Below, piece by piece: positions 10,420 to 19,923 of a stretch of 64,000 nucleotides of DNA. The first letter of the stretch is position 1. Each line of letters opens with the position of its first letter. Under the pieces are notes generated by a model. That model was not told where the DNA came from. It saw only the letters and a program-made list of their open reading frames with translations, and made no database searches. A program made the position numbers and the translations under genes. The DNA is taken from the NCBI GenBank assembly GCA_965222605.1, contig OZ244960.1:4832001-4896000 (forward strand). Reading direction: 5' to 3'. Source of the DNA: Candidatus Latescibacterota bacterium (lineage in GTDB: Bacteria; Latescibacterota; UBA2968).

Positions 10420-11340
10420 TCAAATGAGGCCATGTTGTTCCAGAAACTCGATAGTCATTTCTACGCATTTTTCCGGAAATTCGAGTGGCAGGAGATGGGT
10501 TGATTCGGGAATAAAGTCATAGTCCAGTATGGTAAGCGCAGCGAAGTGCATGCCGGGCAGAAATGAGAATGGGACGGTGGGGTCGGCGCCGATTGCTTTT
10601 GCGGGACAGGAAAGGCCCTGGCGTTCCATATTTTCGTACGCTTGCATTGTCCAGCCAAAGTAGTAGTCGCAGACTTGCGCTTCGTGCCCTCGCGGACAAC
10701 GCAATTCATATCCTCCGTCGCTGTCGGGGCGCAGCGTAGTCTGACTGAACAGCTCGATCACACCCGATTGGAGACGCTGGAACGTACGCGAACGCCTGAG
10801 GGATTCGTTAAAGTCCTCCAAACTATTGAATTTGACCGTGCGCTGGCGTGCGCGTTCTCCCATTGTGTATCCAATTTCTACATTGTCTTCGGGCGTGTTG
10901 CCGGAGGGACAAATGGGCATGTCGAGCAGCACCAGGCCCGCAAAGCCGTTTTTATCCCGCAGTTGATGCAGCAACGCGACCAACGCCGACATGGAATGAA
11001 ATATGCCAATAAGTGGTTTTGATCCAAAGTTGGTGTGGATCTCTTGTACGATGCTTTGGCTGTCGCTGACGAATGTGGGGATATTATGCGTTAGGCGGTC
11101 CCAGACTGGATTCCAGCCATGGCTGCGGAAATCATAGAGAATGATGTCAAAGCGATCGGTTAGCAGTGACCAGAATGGATAGTACAGATCAGCAGCGAGG
11201 GCGTTGCCGTGGCTGAAAACAATCCGAGGACCAGATGGGTTGCCGTGCCTGCGCAGCGTGATGGGTGCGCCGTCCGCCATGTGAACCTTCACAGTGTCCA
11301 AAGGCGTGGGTACGTTCCATTGTTCGGGTGATGTTGACAT
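10420..11340 (-). CDS. alpha/beta hydrolase
   Basis: FSHGN oxyanion region, YDFRSHG, nucleophile elbow FHSMS and C-terminal His. Confidence 0.85.
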   Translation of the reverse strand: MSTSPEQWNVPTPLDTVKVHMADGAPITLRRHGNPSGPRIVFSHGNALAADLYYPFWSLLTDRFDIILYDFRSHGWNPVWDRLTHNIPTFVSDSQSIVQEIHTNFGSKPLIGIFHSMSALVALLHQLRDKNGFAGLVLLDMPICPSGNTPEDNVEIGYTMGERARQRTVKFNSLEDFNESLRRSRTFQRLQSGVIELFSQTTLRPDSDGGYELRCPRGHEAQVCDYYFGWTMQAYENMERQGLSCPAKAIGADPTVPFSFLPGMHFAALTILDYDFIPESTHLLPLEFPEKCVEMTIEFLEQHGLI

Positions 11341-11423
11341 TTGATTTTGTCATCTCCCAATGGTTGCAGTTGCCTGCTGTAATTGAGGGCGAAAGCGTCG
11401 TGACTGGCCGTCCAAAGGTTGAT

Positions 11424-12032
11424 CTACTGACAGCTATCGCCTAAAAAAAAGGGAATGCCCTGAAGCCATGTCTGAAAAGTAGCATTGAGCGGCGCGCATA
11501 GCTCCGTGTCTTGAAAGATGAATTCCTTTAGATTTGTCAGATTCGTCAGGCTTTGCGGGAGTGGGCCTGTCAAGATATTCTGGTCGAGATGCAGTCCCGT
11601 GAGGTTGGACAGGTTGCTCAATTTAGAGGGGACTGATCCACTCAACGCATTTCTGGAAAGATACAGGTCAGTGAGGTTGGTCAGATCGCCCAATTCGGAT
11701 GGGATCGGGCCATGCAGCTGATTGTCGGAAAGATTTAGTGTTTTGAGGTCGGACAGGTTGCCCAATGCCCCTGGAAGCTCGCCCGTCAGGTTATTGTTGG
11801 CAAGGTCCAGGTATATGATCTGTCCGTTAGAAATTGTGACACCATGCCAGGTCGAAAGGTCGTTGTCGGTCAGCCAATTTGTCTTGTTCGTCCAGTTTGT
11901 CCCATTGGTCGCATTGTACAGGGCTACCAATACATCGCGGTCTGCCGCCAGTGACTGTTCTGGCCCCGTGCTGTTATTCCCACAACTGAAAAGGAAAAGA
12001 AACAGCAGAATGTAAATGGGGAATGGTCGCAT
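11424..12032 (-). CDS. leucine-rich-repeat lipoprotein (plant-type LRR)
   Basis: Lipobox-like LFSC; 24-aa repeats LxxLxLxxNxLxGxIPxxLGxL. Confidence 0.88.
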   Translation of the reverse strand: MRPFPIYILLFLFLFSCGNNSTGPEQSLAADRDVLVALYNATNGTNWTNKTNWLTDNDLSTWHGVTISNGQIIYLDLANNNLTGELPGALGNLSDLKTLNLSDNQLHGPIPSELGDLTNLTDLYLSRNALSGSVPSKLSNLSNLTGLHLDQNILTGPLPQSLTNLTNLKEFIFQDTELCAPLNATFQTWLQGIPFFLGDSCQ

Positions 12033-12226
12033 TATGCCATACTCAACAAAAAAAGGCCACCGAAAATGCGAAATCGATGACCTTTTTTAATACCTATCTT
12101 CTCATAGCGTTTTTTGAGCTTCCATATATGTTTGCAGAACTGCATTCATTTACCAAAAGGTGAAGTAAGTAATTGAACTATGAGCAAATTGACTTTTACC
12201 GTGGGAAGAAGTTCTGGTATGCGAGT

Positions 12227-13219
12227 TTATGGATTGTTGGGAGACGGTTGTTGAGGAATGGGTGGAGAGGTCGGAATAAGGATCTGCTGTTGTTGTTTAA
12301 CCCACATTTTTCCTGTATCGCTGGCAATGAATTTTAAGGAAGGTGTACGTTCAAAAATCAAGGTCATTAAATGGTATGCAGTTAGAACATAATTTTGTAA
12401 ATCTTGGTCTTTCTCAAGGAATTCCAGTTTTAGGCCGAGTTCCTTAAGCTTGTCCACACCAATCCTTTGACCATGAGCATGAATTTGACCGTGGTCAGGT
12501 GTATCTTCCGCATTGAAGTATGCCGCAATGGCATTGGTTTTCTTCCTTCTTTCTTTTTCATCTTCTATGTCTTTGAGCATTCTATTATTAAGCCAGTTTA
12601 CCACTAATTCTTTGCTGTATGTCAAAGCTTTGTCGGCTTCCAAAACAAGCGAAGGTCCCATATTCTGTAAAATAGGTGCCCAAAGATGTGCTAATTTTAT
12701 GTCATTTTCAATATCCTCTCTCGCCTTGTTAAATCCTTCCTGAATTGCTCTGGCTGAGTGGACTTTATTGCTAATGATGAACTGAGGATCAATCGGCCCA
12801 AGCTGACTCTGCTTACCGAGGATCAATAGATCGCTTGCAAGGCTTATCATCGCACCGCCAGACATTGCCAAGTATGGCACGATCACATCTATTCTACCAA
12901 ACTTAGCGTGTAAATACTCAACTATACTCTCAACAGCGTTCGGATCTCCGCCAGGGGTATGAAGTATCAGTACGAGACCCTTATTCGTCGGAGTGCCGGA
13001 GAGTGCGTTCATGAAACCGTTTATATCCTCTCTTGTAATGGACACATCATCATTGGCTTTTTGCAGAAAAGCCGATGCGTAGAAGATAACGGTAGCATCG
13101 TTACGGCAATTTGAGATAGCATCCAAATACTCTTTCAGTTGTTTATCAAGCCAGTTAGGGTCGGGCGTTTTGGATGCCTCTACATTGAACGCCTCTAAAA
13201 GTTCACTCCAAGAAGGCAT
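12227..13219 (-). CDS. SDH-family ClpP-fold serine proteinase
   Basis: LILHTPGGD, AMSGG (Ser), LGPIDPQ (Asp) and HAHGQRI (His); low GC; AGGAG RBS. Confidence 0.85.
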   Translation of the reverse strand: MPSWSELLEAFNVEASKTPDPNWLDKQLKEYLDAISNCRNDATVIFYASAFLQKANDDVSITREDINGFMNALSGTPTNKGLVLILHTPGGDPNAVESIVEYLHAKFGRIDVIVPYLAMSGGAMISLASDLLILGKQSQLGPIDPQFIISNKVHSARAIQEGFNKAREDIENDIKLAHLWAPILQNMGPSLVLEADKALTYSKELVVNWLNNRMLKDIEDEKERRKKTNAIAAYFNAEDTPDHGQIHAHGQRIGVDKLKELGLKLEFLEKDQDLQNYVLTAYHLMTLIFERTPSLKFIASDTGKMWVKQQQQILIPTSPPIPQQPSPNNP

Positions 13220-13232
13220 GGATACTCCTGTT

Positions 13233-13427
13233 TTACTGGGTGCGAATTGTATTTGTCGTCAGAGGATGTTCCATGCTGGGAGGTTGATATTGCAATGGCT
13301 CCTCCTTCTGCATCGGCAACTTATAAAGCTCGCTGACTTCTACGTATTGCTGGTATTGCTTTTTGACCTTTTCTAATGTCTTCAGGTAATCATCTGAGAC
13401 GTTTTCTGTTTTAGTTCTTTCACTCAT
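13233..13427 (-). CDS. small hypothetical protein (64 aa) upstream of the SDH proteinase
   Basis: AGGAGG RBS; TTGCAA/TGTATATT promoter-like boxes upstream; 13-nt gap to the protease. Confidence 0.65.
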   Translation of the reverse strand: MSERTKTENVSDDYLKTLEKVKKQYQQYVEVSELYKLPMQKEEPLQYQPPSMEHPLTTNTIRTQ

Positions 13428-13516
13428 GACATTTCCTCCTAATTAGACGAAAATATACATAATTCATTACAAATTGCAAGTTATCTGCAAACCTGTTTGA
13501 TGGCGTTCTACCTCGC

Positions 13517-13698
13517 CTACATCTCCACCATCGTCTCCGTATCTCCAACCGCGAGCGCGTTCATGTAAGCCAAGATCAGGTCGCGTGTGCGGTATTTTCT
13601 GAATGTTGTCTCATCTTCCCGCTGGATTATGGGAAATGTGCTCAAAACGTACCGGCGTCTTCCCGCGACAGGCTGTAGCGATGGAAGTAGAGCGCGTC
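13517..13698 (-). pseudogene. frameshifted duplicate of the 3' end of the type IIG R-M gene
   Basis: Translates DALYFHRYSLSREDA/YVLSTFPIIQREDETTFRKYRTRDLILAYMNALAVGDTETMVEM, a diverged copy of 15163-15345 with a 1-nt deletion. Confidence 0.92.
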
Positions 13699-15119
13699 TA
13701 TTCAATCCCCTGTCCCAGAAGTAGTTCATTCCAGTCCGGTTGCTTTTCCTCCTCAATGATTTTCAGGATGCCGCGACGGCATACATCTCTCGCCTGTTCA
13801 AGCCACTTGAGGTCTCCCTTCTTCTTATTGATTGCTTCTCCGTGGACGACGTTTGAGGCGGCTCTATAGAACTGTGTCAATACCCGTTGTATCTTTTTGC
13901 GTTCGGACCAGTCACTTCCCAAGTGCCATGCCCCTGTGAGCGCGAGCCGGAATGTGTGTCCTCCTGTGTTACGATCAAGATATAAAGCTTCCAGAGCGAT
14001 TCGAAGATCAATAAATTGGTCGGTTACTTCCAAGTCGGGACGCGTTGCTCTTATCCACCGACTGACAGCAGTTCTAAATCTGCGGTCACATCTCTTACGG
14101 CTATCAAGCACGCCGTGTATCTTCCATGCTTTCTTTAGGTCTTCCAGAGACAGGCTTGGTACCACATCTCTGTACGTTAGCATTGTCACGCCCGTGGAAT
14201 GATAGATGCGCCATCCTATTCTCTGTCTGTCATTAAAGAAGGGTCTTGGTCGCCAACTGTTGTTCTGATATTTACCTGAAAATGCGTTCACTTCTTCGTA
14301 ATCGTTCCAGTACAGTTTGGAGTGAACGTAGCTATCACATATGAGTGATAATGCTTCACAGAGAGTGTCTAACGATGCGACCCCCGGATCTGATAGGACA
14401 TGAGGACCTTTGTCCGTTGGTTGACTGTCCTGAAATTGGGAGAATACGGGGCACACTGTTGTATCGACTGATAACACAACTCTTTCCAAATAATCTCTAA
14501 CTGATGTTGAGGTATCTCTGGGCAAAGAAACTGGTAAGGCGTCCGACGATATGGGTAGAGGTGTCACGCGGACGCCATTACACAAATCGAGTTCTTGTTC
14601 GACAGTTACGCCGACGAGTAACGCTGAGGTAAGGTACATAAGCGGTTTTTCATCAATCCAATCGTAGAGTAACTTGGCTGCGCGATCAGGTCCCAAAATG
14701 GTTGCCCCCCTTATTAACCCCTTTGCTAAGTCGGATATAGTGGACACGTACTCGTATTTTTTAAATCCATTATTTTCCAACTTTATAGAACAATAATCCA
14801 CTGAGGGCTCGAACACAGGAAACAGGTGTCGGATGCGGTCGGTTTCTACCGTAATATAATTGGTCAGTAGTTCACGGAGTTTCCCGATCAGTTCTGTCAC
14901 CAGATGATCGGGACTCACTGGGCGGGCAGATTCTGCTTTGAGTCGTTCGTCGGAATCCCAACAGGCTCTTTCGAGTGTGTCACGCAACTGCGCCGGTGAA
15001 AGTTTGTCCAGTTTCCCGTCGAAGGTTATCAGCGTAGTTCCACCCGCAATTAGAGTCTGTCCAACTTCAAAGGATGTCTGCTGCACGATTTCATGCAGCA
15101 ACGTCGTCAGTTCTCTCAT
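13698..15119 (-). CDS. protein with C-terminal ApeA-like HEPN domain
   Basis: FIDLRIALEALY...FRLAL...FYRAASNVVHG pattern. Confidence 0.7.
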   Translation of the reverse strand: MRELTTLLHEIVQQTSFEVGQTLIAGGTTLITFDGKLDKLSPAQLRDTLERACWDSDERLKAESARPVSPDHLVTELIGKLRELLTNYITVETDRIRHLFPVFEPSVDYCSIKLENNGFKKYEYVSTISDLAKGLIRGATILGPDRAAKLLYDWIDEKPLMYLTSALLVGVTVEQELDLCNGVRVTPLPISSDALPVSLPRDTSTSVRDYLERVVLSVDTTVCPVFSQFQDSQPTDKGPHVLSDPGVASLDTLCEALSLICDSYVHSKLYWNDYEEVNAFSGKYQNNSWRPRPFFNDRQRIGWRIYHSTGVTMLTYRDVVPSLSLEDLKKAWKIHGVLDSRKRCDRRFRTAVSRWIRATRPDLEVTDQFIDLRIALEALYLDRNTGGHTFRLALTGAWHLGSDWSERKKIQRVLTQFYRAASNVVHGEAINKKKGDLKWLEQARDVCRRGILKIIEEEKQPDWNELLLGQGIE

Positions 15120-15162
15120 AGTGGTTATTTCCTTTAATATCCATCATGCTGTATCTGGCTCC

Positions 15163-18100
15163 CTATACTTTCACCATTGACTCTGTATCCCCCGCTGCCA
15201 AGGCGTTCATGTAAGCCAAGATCAGGTCGCGCGTGCGATAGCGGCCGAATGTAGCCTTGTCTTTCTGCTGGACTATGGGGAATGTGCTCAGGACGTACTC
15301 GGCATCTTCCCGCGACAGGCCGTAGAGGTGGAAGTAGAGGGCGTCGAGACGGGCGCGCAGGTGGCGGCGTTCCTCTTCGTCCCAGATAAAGGGAGGGCCG
15401 TCGTAGCCGAGGTCACGGGCGAAGGGTGACATGTCGTGCGCGGTGTACGTGAGGCGGAGCACATGATCGCGGACGAGGTCGCGGGCGGTCTTGTTTCCGA
15501 ACTGGCGATTGTAATCGGCGGGTGCGATGACGGGAAGTTGCTCGACGATGAACCAATTTAGGTGTTGTCCTTGTACCTTCTGCCGGCCTACAAAATCGAG
15601 TGCAAAAGAATTGAGGCATGCAGCCAAGAGCCAAGCGTTTTCTCTATAAGTAGCTATCTCAACTGCATCAGGCATCAGGAGAGGCAATGTATTACCGAAA
15701 CCTGACCGCGGTACCACAGATGCGATCATGGTGCGAACATTCGTCGGTGCAGTTACGTCCTTGAAGGCCACAGCCCACCCCAAGCCTTCAGGCCATTCGG
15801 CTGCGTCCACGCTAACCCAAAACTGGGGATTAGGTAACCAATCTGGGTTGTTGTGTTCTTCTCTGGTAGTTTCTCGTGGCTGAGCGGGCCGGTTCAGGTT
15901 CTTCGGGTTGACTACGACGCTGGCAGCGCGATGGTCGAATGCCTGTACCATTTTGCCCTCATACAACGGCAAATATAGCTCTTTGCCCCGTTTATAGCAG
16001 TTACCTTCAACGGGGTAGAAACCCTCCTCATCTAACTGATCAGCAGTGTGAAAGAGGTGAGAGTCGGATGTCATGTTAAATAATCCCTGCATAAATCGCA
16101 CCGGCCATGCCTTGCATTCTTCACCTCCTGAGTAATCCACCAGTACCGGATGTTGTTCATAGATGCGGCGGGTGATGTCGACGTCGCGTCGGGTGCGAAA
16201 AATGGGTGCAGTGCCTGTGTTGGGATTTACGCGAGCGAAGTCATCCGGCGTCAATGGAAAACAGCGGTCCGGATCATTGATGGTTTTTGTGTCGTGAAGG
16301 AAGAAGGCGCATTCGGTCTGGCCGAACTTTCGCTCCTCGCCACCAAAGATGAGGGCACAGAATTTGAACGAAGCGTGGATATCCTTAAAGAAAATTTTCT
16401 TGTTTTCAAAATCGAACAGACTGCTTACTCGTCCGCTTGTGGAAACGGACTTGAAGAAGGGGACCGCGGTTTTGTCGGCGTAGATGCCCGATGGCGTGAA
16501 CAGGCCGACAAAGCCATCCGGCTTAATCAGGTTCATTGCACGCTCGACGAATAGCGAGTAAAGATTTATTCGGCCTCCGCTCAGAAGTGGATATTTGTCA
16601 GATAAACGTACGAACATGCGCATCTCTGCTGCGCGTTTCTTCATCATTTCATACTCTAAGGCGAGTTTGTCGTCTGCCTCTTTTTTCTGTTTAATCAATG
16701 CCTTTCGCTTTGCTCCAGTCGCCGCATGGGATATCTCTTCATCACGGGTTGCGAACCATTCTACCTCCGGCTGCTCAATGTGGTCCCACGGCGGGTTGCC
16801 AATGATCGCATCAAAGCCTCCTTGCGGGCAGGTATTTGTCCAATGATGCCAGACCCCTGGGAAAGCCACCTCCCAGTGCAGGAAGCCTTCCCGGTCGGCA
16901 ATAGCTCTGGCCTCGTGCCACAGTTTGGCAAATTGCGACCATGTGGTAGTATCGGAACTAGGCAGCGCGTCGCTCATGTGATCTGGCCCCCGGGCCAGAA
17001 GCTTGTACGCGACCTCTATATGCCGCCCGAGCGTTGTGACCAGTGGCCCTTCAAATGTGGCAAGTGCTCTCTTCTTCATCCCCGCCGTCAGGTAGCGATA
17101 GCCGCAGAGGAAGTCGAGAAGACCGCGGAGGTCTGCGGTTGTGTCCTCCACCCCATGGAATAGCAGAGCCGATTCTTGCACTTCGGCTATGTCAGCATCT
17201 GATTTTTCTTCAATGAGTTGCATGCTTTCCGTGGCCTTCTCTGCACCCGCGACGGTGGAACCGGCAAAAAGCCCTCCGCCCAACTCGCGCAAGTCCTGAA
17301 GTGCCTCTGAAACTCGCAACCCAAGCAGCGAGTCCCCACAGCGCAGGTGGTGGTCAAGGAAGGATAGCGGTGCGCCCACGGTAAAGCTGTGAAGCCACAG
17401 CGACACCTTGGCAAGTTCCACGGTTAGAGGGTTTTTATCGACCCCGTATATGCAGCGTTTGAGTACCATGCGACGAATGATAGCCTGATCGGTAAGCAGG
17501 GTCTCGTCCAGGATCCAGTCCGATTCTTTGGCTCTTTGAATGATCTCACTGCGAATCGTCTCCACACGTTTTACGAGCGGTGACACGTAGTTACCATTGA
17601 GCCAGTCTGGGACCGTAGGGACGTACTCGATTAACTCGGCGATGTAGTCAGATAAGAAATCTACAGCGGTGACCAGGAAGTGTCCGCTTCCCATTGCCGG
17701 GTCAAGTACCTTCAGATTCAGAACTGCTTCTGCCGGGTCGAGTTTTTGCAATTCGGCTTCTCGTTCTGCCTTGGGGCGGCGGATGCTCTTGAGCGAGACG
17801 GCTTTGTCTTCGAAGGCTTTGAGTCGCTCTTCTGCCAGCGGTTTCAGAGTGCGATCAACGATTAGATCGACGAGTTCTTGCAAGGTATAGAAACTGCCGC
17901 TGTCCTTGCGGGCGTAAGGGTTGAGACGGATGCTGATCTCGCCATCTTCGCGCACAGGCTCGTGCTCAAGCAGGCGTTCGTAGATGGAGCCGAGTTGCTG
18001 CGCGGACATATCGCGGTAGTTGACAAATCGATGCGTTCCATGCGGAACTTGGGCGTGACTTAGATTGTAAATGATAGGGGCGACTTTCGCATCGGGCAGG

Positions 18101-19200
18101 CGCACTTCCTCCAACATTGGAGCGGCTTTAGACGCGAATAGTCCCCCGTTGTAGGGCGGTAGGCCAATGGACGGATCCCCTTCGTCAATAATTCTAAAAA
18201 GATTGACGAGGCGATCGTAGTAGTTGGAGACTCTGGTGGAGAAAGTGTCTTTCTGTTCTGTCCTGCGTGCGATATCGTCCCGCACTTTTCGCAAGCCATA
18301 GTCGTCGTAACGCGAGTCGTTGACGGGCAGAAGGCCCCTGTCTTCGGCGTAGAGCACGAAGAGCAGTCTGTAGAGGAAGATCAGGGCGGATTCTCGGATT
18401 TGTGAGAGGGGTTCCTTTGTGGCGTCCGCAAGTGCCGAGACGAGATCGGGGAATACAAGTTTGAAGACAATGCTCGAAAGATCTTTGGCGACTTGTTCTT
18501 CGTATTGCCGTCCTTCTGCAAGTGCCGCTTCGAGGAAGGTAGTCGTTGCACCAGACTGACGTGTGAGGGCATCGCGGCGAAAAAGCAGATAAAAAATGCG
18601 GAGTTCGTCTTCATTGCCGGATTCGATAAGTGCAGCCAGGTCAGCCTCGTAGTAGCCGCTGACTCGGGGGCGGGCACGGTAGTCGTAGAGTCGCCAGACT
18701 CTGCCGTTGGTGAGGATGCCCCACCTAATTTGGCTCTCTGACTCGATATCGGCCGTTGCGAGGTATCTGAGGATTTGGCCGTGTGGCGAATTAGGCTGGA
18801 CTTTGTCGGTCTTGTCACGGGAATCCAGAGAAAGACCTAACCGCTTGCTCTCTTCGACTACTGTAGCATACTGAAAGCGTTCCCCGGCTTTGCGTTCAGC
18901 AGCACGTTGCTTGGAGTCAGCATCAGTGAAAAGTAGATAGTCGGGAATGTCCTCATTGCGGGCTGTGCCTTGCTGTGGCAGATAGTCCATCCATCCGAGC
19001 AACTTCAGAACAAGACAGATTAGATCCTGTTCGGTGACGGCTTCATTGGGATCTTTGAAGCGAGCAAATTTCTCGAATAGGTCCGAAATATCGGTACTGA
19101 ACTTGTCGAATGTATCTGGCTGGGAGACCGAGGTTTTCCACTCGTCTGTAGCTTTTATGCCGTCGGTTAGGAAGTAATGAGTGAATAATTGTCCGGGCAT
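15163..19200 (-). CDS. type IIG restriction-modification fusion (endonuclease + N6-adenine MTase + specificity region)
   Basis: N-terminal PD...ESK and WGILTNG; motif I LDPAMGSGHFL; motif IV IGNPPW; 1345 aa. Confidence 0.9.
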   Translation of the reverse strand: MPGQLFTHYFLTDGIKATDEWKTSVSQPDTFDKFSTDISDLFEKFARFKDPNEAVTEQDLICLVLKLLGWMDYLPQQGTARNEDIPDYLLFTDADSKQRAAERKAGERFQYATVVEESKRLGLSLDSRDKTDKVQPNSPHGQILRYLATADIESESQIRWGILTNGRVWRLYDYRARPRVSGYYEADLAALIESGNEDELRIFYLLFRRDALTRQSGATTTFLEAALAEGRQYEEQVAKDLSSIVFKLVFPDLVSALADATKEPLSQIRESALIFLYRLLFVLYAEDRGLLPVNDSRYDDYGLRKVRDDIARRTEQKDTFSTRVSNYYDRLVNLFRIIDEGDPSIGLPPYNGGLFASKAAPMLEEVRLPDAKVAPIIYNLSHAQVPHGTHRFVNYRDMSAQQLGSIYERLLEHEPVREDGEISIRLNPYARKDSGSFYTLQELVDLIVDRTLKPLAEERLKAFEDKAVSLKSIRRPKAEREAELQKLDPAEAVLNLKVLDPAMGSGHFLVTAVDFLSDYIAELIEYVPTVPDWLNGNYVSPLVKRVETIRSEIIQRAKESDWILDETLLTDQAIIRRMVLKRCIYGVDKNPLTVELAKVSLWLHSFTVGAPLSFLDHHLRCGDSLLGLRVSEALQDLRELGGGLFAGSTVAGAEKATESMQLIEEKSDADIAEVQESALLFHGVEDTTADLRGLLDFLCGYRYLTAGMKKRALATFEGPLVTTLGRHIEVAYKLLARGPDHMSDALPSSDTTTWSQFAKLWHEARAIADREGFLHWEVAFPGVWHHWTNTCPQGGFDAIIGNPPWDHIEQPEVEWFATRDEEISHAATGAKRKALIKQKKEADDKLALEYEMMKKRAAEMRMFVRLSDKYPLLSGGRINLYSLFVERAMNLIKPDGFVGLFTPSGIYADKTAVPFFKSVSTSGRVSSLFDFENKKIFFKDIHASFKFCALIFGGEERKFGQTECAFFLHDTKTINDPDRCFPLTPDDFARVNPNTGTAPIFRTRRDVDITRRIYEQHPVLVDYSGGEECKAWPVRFMQGLFNMTSDSHLFHTADQLDEEGFYPVEGNCYKRGKELYLPLYEGKMVQAFDHRAASVVVNPKNLNRPAQPRETTREEHNNPDWLPNPQFWVSVDAAEWPEGLGWAVAFKDVTAPTNVRTMIASVVPRSGFGNTLPLLMPDAVEIATYRENAWLLAACLNSFALDFVGRQKVQGQHLNWFIVEQLPVIAPADYNRQFGNKTARDLVRDHVLRLTYTAHDMSPFARDLGYDGPPFIWDEEERRHLRARLDALYFHLYGLSREDAEYVLSTFPIVQQKDKATFGRYRTRDLILAYMNALAAGDTESMVKV

Positions 19201-19274
19201 GTCAATTCCTCAGTAGCGTTGAAGGGCGAACCTGGATGTCCCCGAATGCTAGTCAGAATTTGGATATTATCAAG

Positions 19275-19307
19275 AAAACAGGCACTTAATGTACATAAGT
19301 GCCTGTT
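19275..19307 (-). terminator. rho-independent terminator after tRNA-Lys
   Basis: 12-bp stem aacaggcactta/taagtgcctgtt followed by a T-run on the minus strand. Confidence 0.75.
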
Positions 19308-19313
19308 AGATTA

Positions 19314-19389
<76 letters not shown>

Positions 19390-19408
19390 GTTTTTTTGCG
19401 CGATTGAA

Positions 19409-19437
19409 AATGTAAAGAAGCCTGTGTGCGATGTCAA
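19409..19437 (-). promoter_or_regulatory. sigma70-like promoter of tRNA-Lys
   Basis: TTGACA-N17-TACATT on the minus strand. Confidence 0.65.
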
Positions 19438-19907
19438 GTCTTGCGAACATAAGTTCCGCTGCGTCCACCGCTTTTTTGTAAGAGACAGATTTCTCTGATG
19501 ACCATGCCGCGATCTACTGCTTTGCACATGTCGTAAATGGTCAACAGAGCGACACTCACCGCGGTGAGCGCTTCCATTTCGACACCTGTGCGGTCGGGTA
19601 CTCGCACTGTCGCACGCGCTATAATGCCCATTTTATCTATCTCAAAATTGAGTTCAACGCCCGTAATGCACAGTGGGTGACACATTGGGATGAGGTCAGG
19701 CGTACGTTTGGCTGCCATGATGCCCGCAATGCGCGCTGTTTCCAGTACATTGCCCTTGGGCATATTTCCTCCGGTGACGAGTTGCAGGGTTTCGGGCTGC
19801 ATTTCAATTTTGCCCGATGCTGTTGCCTCGCGGTCTGTCACATCTTTGTCTGTGACATCCACCATCTTCACGGATCCCTGTTCGTCAATATGTGTCAATT
19901 TTGCCAT
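19434..19907 (-). CDS. moaC: cyclic pyranopterin monophosphate synthase
   Basis: [32 protein letters not shown] and KSGG. Confidence 0.96.
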   Translation of the reverse strand: MAKLTHIDEQGSVKMVDVTDKDVTDREATASGKIEMQPETLQLVTGGNMPKGNVLETARIAGIMAAKRTPDLIPMCHPLCITGVELNFEIDKMGIIARATVRVPDRTGVEMEALTAVSVALLTIYDMCKAVDRGMVIREICLLQKSGGRSGTYVRKT

Positions 19908-19923
19908 TGTCTGCACGCGCCTT

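Noticed and set aside
15163-19200. BREX PglX or DISARM DrmMI
   Set aside because: No pglZ, brxC or drmABCD neighbours, and it has its own N-terminal nuclease motif, so a stand-alone type IIG enzyme fits better
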